64,000 bases of DNA, taken from the NCBI GenBank assembly GCA_964016885.1, contig OZ024745.1:19468001-19532000 (forward strand), written 5' to 3'. The notes under the pieces are model-generated. The model worked only from the letters and a program-made list of their open reading frames with translations, did not search any database and had not been told where the DNA came from. This DNA comes from Eledone cirrhosa (Eukaryota). This document shows, piece by piece, positions 53,449-64,000 of the stretch (positions within the stretch are counted from its first letter, which is position 1; every line of letters begins with the position of its first letter). The position numbers and the translations under genes are program-made.

Positions 53449-54272
53449 ACTACAGTGAGGAGGTTACCAAATATGGCCACCACTAACAACAGTGACCCCA
53501 CTACTGTGAAGAGGTTACCAAATATGGCCACCACCAACTACAGTGACCCCACTACTGTGAGGAGGTTACCAAATATGGCCACCACTAACAACAGTGACCC
53601 CACTACTGTGAAGAGGTTACCAAATATGGCCACCACGAACTACAGTGACCCCACTACTGTGAAGAGGTTACCAAATATGGCCACCACTAACAAGAGTGAC
53701 CCCACTACTGTGAAGAGGTTACCAAATATGGCCACCACCAACTACAGTGACCCCACTACTGTGAAGAGGTTACCAAATATGGCCACCACTAACAAGAGTG
53801 ACCCCACTACTGTGAAGAGGTTACCAAATATGGCCACCACCAACTACAGTGACCCCACTACTGTGAGGAGGTTACCATATATGGCCACCACCAACTACAG
53901 TGACCCCACTACTGTGAGGAGGTTACCAAATATGGCCACCACTAACAACAGTGACCCCACTACTGTGAAGAGGTTACCAAATATGGCCACCACCAACTAC
54001 AGTGACCCCACTACTGTGAAGAGGTTACCAAATATGGCCACCACTAACAACAGTGACCCCACTACTGTGAAGAGGTTACCAAATATGGCCACCACCAACT
54101 ACAGTGACCCCACTACTGTGAGGAGGTTACCAAATATGGCCACCACCCACTACAGTGACCCCACTACTGTGAGGAGGTTACCATATATGGCCACAACCAA
54201 CTACAGTGACCCCACTACTGTGAGGAGGTTACGAAATATGGCCACCACCAACTATAGTGACCCCACTACAAT
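53440..54272. repeat. 51-bp minisatellite, ~16 copies
   Basis: Unit agtgaccccactactgtgaagaggttaccaaatatggccaccaccaactac; reads as a 17-aa repeat in ORF 53455..54306. Confidence 0.95.
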
Positions 54273-54465
54273 GAGATGTCTGTCTCAGAACAAGAGCACG
54301 ACATAACTATCAACTGCTTCGTTGCCCGTCACAGTTGACAGTAACAACCCAACTTAACATCAGTGACAAAACAAAGGTAATGAGCCCTGTTAAACTCTGT
54401 GACCTCACTACAGTGGGAAGGTTAACAAATGTGGCCACCACCAACTACAGTGACGTCACTGCAGT

Positions 54466-54630
54466 GATGCGTTATGTCCTTGGCAAGACACTTTATTTCA
54501 CGTTGCTCCTTCTACCTGGAGTTGTGACCGATAGATAGTATTAGCAACTGGAAAGACCAATGGAAACATTGTTTCCTCGGTCCGGTTTGACATAAGTTGA
54601 TCGACTGCCGATATATACATTTACGTATTA
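54466..54630 (+). mobile_element. 5'-truncated CORE-like SINE family B
   Basis: Core and tail match 26445-26617(-). Confidence 0.75.
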
Positions 54631-54636
54631 TATATA

Positions 54637-55116
54637 CTAGCAGAAAACCCATCCGAAGGGTGGTTTTCTGCTTGCATGTGTAGTGTGCATATGTATATTA
54701 TACGCAAGTATATATAAATGTAGATATGATACATCAAATAAAATTGTAATTGACAATATACACAGAAATTGAACGAAGACTGCGTTACACCCTCTTATGT
54801 AATCAGTAACGTAATCCATGATACATTAAAAAAAGACGATATTATATACAAACTGCATTAGGAGAGAATTAGTGATAGAGATATATGAATGTTTATTTAA
54901 CCGATAGCTAACCGGAAGTGTTGACATTTGAAAATTTTAGAAGTGAATCTTTAAATAAGCAATAAAATATATTTAATCAACAGCTACGAAATTTAGTAGA
55001 TAAATTATGTAATATTCATTCATTATTTATTCAAAGTAATCCAACTTATTTTACTAACTGGATTAAAAGAAATAAACCGTACGCAGTCCCGCACTCCTTA
55101 CTTTATTATGTTTAGA
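54637..55116 (-). mobile_element. Non-autonomous Helitron, copy 2
   Basis: Same termini and body as 45559-46015. Confidence 0.82.
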
Positions 55117-55538
55117 TAACGTCAATACATTGCCAGTCCCTAGGAAAAATGACTGGAGACTCTATATATCTGTGCCTGTATGTATGTGTGTGCATATATA
55201 TGTGTGTGTGTGTATGTGTGTTAGAGAGAGAGAGTAAATCTCTCAAGAACGGTACAAATGCTATGCCTGACATCAAGGAATTCCTGTGGCTAGCGGCTGT
55301 TCAACGGTGTAGGACGGTGTGCCTAACCTTTTGTTGAAGAGCAAGTTAGTGGAGAAAATTCTTTTCTTATCCTGTCAAATATCTTAGCACCAACAATAGC
55401 TATTTAAACATATGTTTGTATTATGTAGAATGATATTACAGCACTGAGTAATGGTGTAACTGCGTTGTTAACCATTTCTTGTTCAACTTTTGTGGATATT
55501 TTCAACTCTACCTTCTGCACTGGCTCGCTTTCTATGTA

Positions 55539-55614
55539 CAGCGTGTATCAAATGAATCATCCGATTTTGTTTACAATTTAAATAAAATCGGATGATCAAA
55601 TTTGATACACCCTG
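55539..55614. mobile_element. ~76-bp Tc1/mariner-type MITE
   Basis: TA-flanked TIRs cagcgtgtatcaaat..tcatccgatttt / aaaatcggatga..atttgatacaccctg. Confidence 0.78.
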
Positions 55615-55637
55615 TATATTTCAAACATGTATTATAT

Positions 55638-55819
55638 GGTGGATTGGCAGTATCGGTAGAGGGTCGGACGCCATGCTTTGACGCATAGAGTTACGGCCCT
55701 TGCCATTCTGAGTTCAAATCCCGCCGAGGTTAACTTTGCCTTTCATCCTTACGGGGTCGATAAAATAAAGTACCAGTAATGTACTGGGTAATTGCTCGCC
55801 TTGTGCCAATAGTAGAAAC
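55638..55819 (+). mobile_element. SINE family A, full length
   Basis: A box 55645-55656, B box 55710-55721, body and tail. Confidence 0.9.
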
Positions 55820-55831
55820 AATTATATATAT

Positions 55832-55986
55832 ATGATGATGATTTCTCCGGAATGATTTCTCCTGATGATTTCTCCGGAATGAAACAGTTCTAGTCCTGTA
55901 GAAGCCTTTCTACATTAAATATTTATACTCTGCTATGTATTGAGTACCTTACTTACTGTGGTTACCTCCAATTGAACCCGGGATAA

Positions 55987-55990
<4 letters not shown>
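55832..55990 (+). mobile_element. PLE-end fragment beginning at an HHR core
   Basis: CTGATGA(55862)-tttc-tccg-gaat-GAAAC-agtt, with partial tandem copies upstream; (TA)n flanks; stem I partner absent. Confidence 0.5.
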
Positions 55991-56034
<44 letters not shown>

Positions 56035-56119
56035 GTGTGTGTCTGTGTATGTATATATATATATATATACACACACACACATGTGTGTGTGTGTGTATGT
56101 GTGTGTGTGTGTGTGTGTG

Positions 56120-56753
56120 TGGATAACATCCATGAGCTTGGTTGGTCTCACTTGGGGATCCAGCCGGATCAGTTGGAGACGGTTGTTTCTGACAGGACCT
56201 GCTGAAGGGGGTGCTGGAGGACTGTGGACCCCACGACATCCCTCTCATCAGGAGTTAGTGGACGAAGAAGAAGAAGAAGAAGAAGAAGAAGAAGAAGAAG
56301 AATGAGAAGAATGAGAAGGAGAAGGAGAAGAAGGGGTAGGAGGAGGAGGAGAAGAAGAAGAAGAAGAAGAAGAAGAAGAAGAAGAAGGGGTAGGAGGAGG
56401 AGGAGGAGGAGGAGAAGAAGAAGAAGAAGAAGAAGAAGAAGAAGAAGAAGAAGAAGAAGAAGAAGAAGAAGAAAAAGAAGAAGAATGAGAAGGAGAAGGA
56501 GAAGAAGAAGAAGAAGAAGAAGGGGTAGGAGGAGGAGGAGAAGAAGAAGAAGAAGAAGAAGAAAAAGAAGAATGAGAAGGAGAAGGAGAAGTAGAAGAAG
56601 GGGTAGGAGGAGGAGGAGAAGAAGAAGAAGAAAAAGAAGGAGAAGGAGAAGAAGAAGAAGAAGAATGAGGAGAAGGAGAAGAAGAAGAAGAAGAAGAAGA
56701 AGAAGAAGGAGAAGAGGAAGAAAAAAGAAGGAGGAGGAGGAGGAGAAGAAGAA
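56120..56753 (+). mobile_element. RTE 3' end with (GAA/GGA)n tail expanded to ~490 bp
   Basis: ccagccggatcagttggagacg shared with ~33626-33648. Confidence 0.75.
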
Positions 56754-57112
56754 TATATAGAAAACCATTGGTAAAATAATCATCATAAATAATTTAGTCA
56801 TTGTGTATGTGTGTACGTGTGTGCGTGTATGTGTGTACGTGTGTGCATGTATATGTGTTTATATATGTGTATGTGTGTGTATATGTGTGTATATATGTGT
56901 ATGTATATGTGTATGTGTGTTTATATGTGTATGTGTATATGTGTAGGTGTGTGTTTATATATGCGTGTGTATGTGTATGTGTGTGTGTGTATATGTGTAT
57001 GTGTATATGTGTAGGTGTGTGTTTATATATGCGTGTGTGTGTGTATATGTGTATGTGTATATGTGTAGGTGTGTGTTTATATATGTGTGTGTATGTGTAT
57101 GTGTGTGTATAT

Positions 57113-57149
<37 letters not shown>

Positions 57150-57511
57150 ATTGGAAACACTGATATATTCAGAAATTCATTTGACAATGATTTGTTCTAT
57201 GTTAAAAACTGTAAAGTATTATTTGTTACAAAAGAAAGGAGTGAAGCTGCCTTCCTGAAGGGAGTGTAATACCGGATATGTGAATGTCTTGTTGACAATA
57301 ACATTCCTTTTACTTCCTCCATGGATTTCCTATTATTGATGTTGTTTATTTCTCCAGCTGGCTGTTGATTGATAAAGTCGGAAGAGCGCTGGTCATGTAA
57401 CAGAACTTGCAATATCCAATCACTTCCTTTTGTCTTCTGAGTTCAAATCCTAAGCGAAGTTGACTGCGATGTTATCTTGTATGGTTCGACCCTCTTAGTA
57501 CTGTAATAACT

Positions 57512-57692
57512 GTTTCTACTTTTGGCACAAGGCCAGCAATTACCCAGTACATTACTGGTACTTTATTTTATCGACCCCATAAGGATGAAAGGCAAAGTTA
57601 AAATCGGCGGGATTTGAACTCAGAATGGCAAGGGCCGTAACTCTATACGTCAAAGCATGGCGTCCAACCCTCTACAAATACTGCCAATCCAT
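57512..57692 (-). mobile_element. SINE family A, full length
   Basis: Reverse complement near-identical to 55638-55819. Confidence 0.9.
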
Positions 57693-58210
57693 CCCTCTTG
57701 GGAGTAATTCATAAAAACAAAGATAAAAGAGAGGAAAAGGAAGAAAGGACAATGATTGATAAGAAAAGAAATAAAGGGTGAAAGAGAGAGGGTGACAAAC
57801 TCTACAGGGAGGGTGGTGTCTCGGTTGCACCCCGCGGGACAAAATGGCAAAGACATTACTGCGGATGACACCTGCTGCAACTGCCACCCCACCTCGCAAG
57901 TCTTGTTCTGTCTCATTGTGTCTCTAAATTCTTGTGGGGGGGGGGGGACCTTCTTGGTTACCTAGATTTAATCTGTCACCCCACCCAGTTTAATACTAAA
58001 ACATATTCATGTGTTGTTGTTTTTTTAATTTTTTCTTACAACATATTTTGTGTGATTATGTTGAATATTGATTCCTATGCTTTGTAAGGAGGTAGATATG
58101 TCAGGTGAGGTTATTCCATGCTCAATCATGTCATGTTCACTAACTACTCCATTGAACAACAGCTGTGGACACAGAATTTATGTTAAACATAGACCAAACT
58201 ATATCTTTAA

Positions 58211-58423
58211 CCCTTTAATATTACTTTATATATACTATTGTATTTTTGTGGTAAAGGCTTTACTTTACATAATTATCTCATAATATCGAATCTACGAGAT
58301 TTTGATATTATTTATTTTCAGAACAATACCTTAATGCTAGTATGAGTGGCTGATTATGGCCGGTTTGAACAGAAAAAGGTGCGAGAATTCTGCCAGGATA
58401 TGGCCGGTTTAAACGCTAGAGGG
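58211..58423. mobile_element. Probable non-autonomous piggyBac remnant
   Basis: TTAA|CCCT...AGGG|TTAA boundaries; TIRs imperfect beyond the first few bases. Confidence 0.5.
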
Positions 58424-58810
58424 TTAATTTATGTATGTCAATCGCTTGACTTATCCCTTATGAAGTTGTTCAATTACTCTATCTTAGGGCCGTTTGGGAT
58501 GAGAGTGAATTTACCCTCCAATGGTCGTACACGTTTTTCAGTCAATTTCTATCATAAAACGAGAAGAAATTTCCTAACTCGTCAGATGCGAGACACATCA
58601 TGGCAAAGCCTCACACTTAACTTTTGAAAATCAATCATAAAACTGTGAAACCAGTAAAGCTATTGTAAATCAATCTTCTTAAAGACACAAATTGCATTTT
58701 CAATTTCTTTCTCCTATATTTTACCCGTGTGGGATATAAAACAACCTTACTTTCTTATATATATATATATATAAAGAGAGAGAGAGAGAGGAGGAGAGAG
58801 AGAGAGATAG

Positions 58811-58867
<57 letters not shown>

Positions 58868-59023
58868 TAAAATCCCCGACCGCGGCGCTAAGCGGTTTTG
58901 GTTTAAGTGTTCAGCAAACCTTACCAAGGGTGAACTCCCATGATTAGTGGTCTCCTTAGACTCAGCACCACAGGCTCGCTCTCTTTCTCTCTCTCTCCTC
59001 CTCTCTCTCTCTCTCTCCTCCTC

Positions 59024-59056
<33 letters not shown>

Positions 59057-59072
59057 TCTCTCTCTCTCTCAC

Positions 59073-59117
<45 letters not shown>

Positions 59118-59149
59118 ATATATGATATATATATATATCATATATATAT

Positions 59150-59230
<81 letters not shown>

Positions 59231-59231
59231 G

Positions 59232-59270
<39 letters not shown>

Positions 59271-59503
59271 ATATCACGATAAATTAACGGAGCCATAGAC
59301 CCTCGCCATTCCCTGTAAATAATTTGCTCAGAGGAGAAGAAATCGTGAGCTCTTTAAAATACAATATGTTGAAAAGGTAACACACTAGAGAGAGATATAC
59401 AGTACGCCATCAATAAAACAGGGGAAAAAACACCAGTGTATGTAATCTATAACCTATGAAAAGCAGACTATAGACACGATAATTAAAAATATAAATTAAA
59501 GCG

Positions 59504-59592
<89 letters not shown>

Positions 59593-59706
59593 GTAATTAT
59601 ATTTATATATAAGAGTAAGTATAAGATAAGAGTAATATTATATGTTACCCGATTACCAACAAGAAAGTAGCTCAATGTAAAATATGAAGTATAATAGAGA
59701 GCAGAA

Positions 59707-60135
59707 ATACAACATAAATTACAATCAAATTGTGTTTAAAACATTTAATAGCTTACGATCGTTTCATCCAGATTTTAGTCCGATTTCAGCGGAGCATATA
59801 AAGGTTGAAACAAATATATTGCTATTCACTTGAACATTTATCAGGATACATTATAGGTGAGAAGACTAAGTATAAGTATTACCATCAATATATTATAGAG
59901 CAAGAGTATAAAAATTGAACAGACATAATAGCTATACTCTTGCTCTATAATATATTGATGTTAATACTTATACTTAGTCTTCTCACGTATAATGTATCCT
60001 GATAAATGTTCAAGTGAATAGGATTATATTTGTTTTAACCTTTATATGCTCCGATGATTCCAGACTTATATATGGATGAAACGATCGTTTCATGCATATG
60101 TTTTAAACACAATTTGATTGTAATTCATGTTGTAT
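59707..60135. mobile_element. ~430-bp palindrome with degenerate HHR motifs (PLE pLTR-like)
   Basis: Arms 59707-59910 and 59933-60135; CCGATGA(60051)...GAAACGATC(60078); resembles the PLE 5' motif at ~38965-38980. Confidence 0.8.
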
Positions 60136-60500
60136 ATATATATAAGGGTGCATGTGTTTCTGAGGGGATTCAGCCACCCTGTTGCATCGAACGTGTTTAG
60201 TTGGTGGAGCAATTGTTAGAGTCATCGTTGCAACCGACGATACATCCATTGACATTTTACTATAGTTTGTTATGTTAAATTGAAACATACAATTCTCCGG
60301 ATGCATTGTGAACTTATATCATTGGTTGACATTAACGAGAGAGGGGGGTGAGAGACGGGGGTGAGAGAGAGAAGGTGAGAGAGACAGACGGAGAGGCAGA
60401 GAGAGAGAGAGAGAGCGAGGAGGAGAGTGAGAGTGAGAAAGAGCGAAAGAGAGTGAGAGTGAGAGCGAGGAGGAGGAAAGTGTGTGAGATAGAGTGTGAT

Positions 60501-60564
<64 letters not shown>

Positions 60565-60616
60565 GGGAGGAAAGTGTGTGAGATAGAGTGATATATATAA
60601 ATATATATATATATAT

Positions 60617-60853
60617 ATAGCTTTCACCGTATTTTTTACTAAAGGAATTTTAGCTTGATAATGGAGTTTAGAACCCTCAGATAAATGAAAAAAGATGAGT
60701 ATTGACGTACAACGTCAATACTCATCTTTTTCCATTTATCTGAGGGTTCTAAACTCCATTATCAGGCTAAAATTCTTTTAGTCAAAAATACGGTGAAAGC
60801 TATTCTATTTTCTAATTTCAAACCTGCTCACTGTTTTAAAACATACTTACTTG
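60617..60853. mobile_element. Head-to-head palindromic element (copy 2 of the 43934 family)
   Basis: Arms 60617-60708 and 60712-60803; same 3' tail (tttcaaacc..ctc.ctgttt..cttacttg) ending in (TA)n. Confidence 0.78.
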
Positions 60854-60863
60854 ATATATATAT

Positions 60864-60981
<118 letters not shown>

Positions 60982-61260
60982 TATAATACAATCATTATAT
61001 AAAAAATGTACTGTAATGTTACAACGACACGCTGAGCTTCATGTTAGTCATGTGTTGTTCCATATTGTTGTATGACCTGAATAAGCCTTACACGCGTCCT
61101 TGCTTTCACCTTCAGTTCTTCATACGACCTACTTACTATTCTCAGTATTTTCTATATTCTCAAGGACGAATACACGAGTATATTGTATTTATATGTCTCT
61201 CCATGTCATACGATTTCCACCCGTCATGGCGTTGCATTTTGTAGTTATGTACAATATTTA

Positions 61261-61693
61261 TGACGCCATGCTTTCCAGCATAGTTACGTCCCTTTACGGT
61301 CTGAGTTCAAATCCCGTCTAGGTTAACTTTGCCTTTCATCCTTACGGGGTCGATAAAATAAAGTACCAGTAATGCACTGGTTAATTGCTGACCTTGTGCC
61401 AAAAGGTAAAAACAATTATATTATATTATATTATAATATATCATATTATATTATATTATATTACATTAAATTATATTAGATTAGATTAGATTAGATCATA
61501 TATTGTCGTCGGTCAACATGTTTTCTGGTATGTAGTTACGTCCCTTTGTGTTCTGAATTGAAACCCCGCCGAGATTAGCTTTCCCTTTCATCCTTACGGG
61601 ATTGATAGAATAAAGTATCAGTAATGCACTGGGGTCGATTTAATGGACTTTCCCCCTCCCCAAATTTGTTGATCTTGTATATAAATCAGAAAC
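61261..61693 (+). mobile_element. Two 5'-truncated SINE family A copies (61261-61412, ~61515-61693)
   Basis: B box, body and tail. Confidence 0.8.
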
Positions 61694-61770
61694 CATTATT
61701 TTTTCTTTCCATTGAAAGGTTCACTTGAAGAGAGCAGCCCTCAATAAATAAGACATTACATATTTCAGGA

Positions 61771-62440
61771 GATAGGTAGGTAGGTCATAGATAGATAGGA
61801 CGTAGATAGATAGGACATAGATGGATAGGACATTAATAGATAGGTCATAGATGGATAGGACATAGATATATATGACGTAGAAAGATAGGATATAGATAGG
61901 TCATAGATAGATAGGCTGTAGAAAGATAGGATATAGGTAGGTAGGACGTAGATAGATAGGACATAGATAGGTAGGACATAGATAGGCAGGTCATAGATAG
62001 GCAGGACATAGATAGGTCATAGATAGATAGGACGTAGATACGTAGGACGTATATAGATTGAACATAGATAGGTAGGCCATAGGTAGATCATAGATAAATA
62101 GGTCATAGATAGATAGGACATAGATAGGTCGGACATAGGTAGGTCATATATAGATAGATCATAGATAGGTAGGTCATAGATAGATAGGACATAGATAGAT
62201 ATGAAATAGGTAGGTCATAGATAGGATATAGATAGATAGGACATATATAGATAGGACATAGATAGGTAGGGCATAGATAGGTAGGTCATAGATAGATAGG
62301 ACATAGATAGGTAGGTCATAGATAGATAGGACATAGATAGGTAGGTCATAGATAGATAGAACATAGATAGGTAGGACATAGGTAGGTCATAGATTGATAG
62401 GACATAAATAGATAGGTCATAGATAGATATGACTTAGATG
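61771..62440. repeat. Degenerate (GATA/GGTA/GGACATA) satellite
   Basis: Direct reading. Confidence 0.85.
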
Positions 62441-62999
62441 GGCAGTATCAGTAAGACGTCAAAGAAAATGCTTTTCAGAATTTAGTTTTCGATTTTCTAC
62501 TTTGTGGGGAGCAGCGGTGTGAAACTCCATTGTTGTTAATGACTAATAAAGGAAGAGAGACTGTAGAAATTGTAGCAATAATGGTCCGATTGACGAGTTC
62601 CACCCCACTCAGCGAATGAGAGACGTAGGCGGGCGGACGGACACACATATATAGAGAAATATATAGAGAGAGACAGAGAGACAAGGATTCAGGCACAGAG
62701 ACAAACAGACAGACATGCAATAAGCCAAGAACTTTAATTAATTAAAATCCCAAACCTAGTGGTGAAAATAATCAATTTTAATGGATAATTCTGTTGTAAT
62801 AACAATGGAAGGGGGATAACTCAGAAACATTAATTAACAAAAACTAATTAAATGGCAGAGTGAACCACCTGATGTAGGGTGCAACAAGAGAGACGTGTCT
62901 GGTCATGTAAGAGGAACTGTCTTGTAAACTGACAATCATTGGAATTGTATAATTGTGGGGGGGGGGGGGGGGGGGCTTAAAATAGGTTGAATTAATGTC

Positions 63000-63111
63000 A
63001 CACACAGACAGACACACAGACATACATACATACAGACTTACAGACACACACACAGGCTTACAGACAGACAGACAGACTTACAGACAGACTCACAGACAGA
63101 CAGACATACAT

Positions 63112-63158
<47 letters not shown>

Positions 63159-64000
63159 TACAGACATGCAGACAGACATACAGACAGACAGAAAGACAAA
63201 CAGACACACAGACTTACAGACAGACAGACAGACAGACAGACTTACAGACTTACAGACATACTGACACACGGACAGACAGACAGACTTACAGACAGAGAGA
63301 CTTACAGACAAAGAGACAGACACACAGACATACATACGTACAGACAGACAGAGGGAGAGACAGAGAGACAGAGGGAGAGACAGAGGGAGAGACAGGGAGA
63401 CAGAGGGAGAGATAGGGAGACAGGGGGAGAGACAGGGGGAGAGACAGGGAGACAGAGAGAGACAGAGAGACAGAGGGAGAGACAGAGAGGCAGGGGGAGA
63501 GACAGAGAGACAGAGGGAGAGACAGAGAGACAGAGGGAGAGACAGAGAGACAGAGTAAGAGACAGAGAGGCAGGGGGAGAGACAGAGAGACAGAGGCAGG
63601 GGGAGAGACAGAGAGACAGAAGGAGAGACAGAGGGAGAGACAGAGAGAGAGGGGGAGAGACAGAGGGAGAGACAGATATAGAGAGAGGGAGAGGGAGAGA
63701 GAGAGGGGGGAGAGACAGAGGGAGAGACAGAGATAGAGAGATGGAGAGACAGAGAGAGAGAGGGAGAGACAGAGAGAGAGCGAGAGACAGAGGGAGAGAG
63801 GGAGAGACAGAGAGAGAGAGAGGGAGAGACAGAGAGAGAGGGGGAGAGACAGAGGGAGAGACAGAGGGAGAGACAGAGATAGAGAGAGGGAGAGACAGAG
63901 GGAGAGACGGAGAGACAGAGAGAGAGAGAGAGGGAGAGACAGAGAGAGAGGGAGAGACAGAGGGAAAGAGGGAGAGACAGAGAGAGAGAAAGGGAGAGAG
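63000..64000. repeat. (CAGA)n then (GA/GGGA/GACA)n low-complexity tract
   Basis: Direct reading. Confidence 0.9.

Noticed and set aside
53455-54306. 283-aa repeat protein CDS
   Set aside because: Openness follows from a stop-free 51-bp unit; no splice or domain evidence, so not called as CDS.
56169-56801. Poly-Arg (protamine-like) and poly-Leu ORFs
   Set aside because: Translation of an expanded GAA tail of an RTE element.
58870-58975. RFAEHL motif on the minus strand suggesting a GIY-YIG fragment
   Set aside because: Six-residue match only, no flanking motifs.

Overview
Repeat-saturated eukaryotic DNA with no supportable host gene, probably from an octopod cephalopod (inferred from the SINE families and the extreme microsatellite load). 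One 200-N gap lies at 9210-9409. The only intact coding unit is a full-length Tx1/L1-group LINE (775-6490; ORF1 with zinc knuckle, ORF2 APE-RT-CCHC) inserted in a (TATC)n tract. There is also a decayed Penelope-like element (PLE; RT + GIY-YIG, minus strand, ~36.4-39.0 kb), more PLE, RTE, CRE and mariner fragments, three non-autonomous Helitrons, tiny MITEs, two tRNA-derived SINE groups and several satellites. The most notable unannotated signal is a dense set of short non-coding elements carrying hammerhead-ribozyme (HHR) motifs beside (TA)n tracts. They occur as terminally redundant 412-bp and 544-bp units (retrozyme-like) and as long palindromes. A separate palindromic family carries a tRNA B-box instead of an HHR. 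All calls were made by eye, with no database search.
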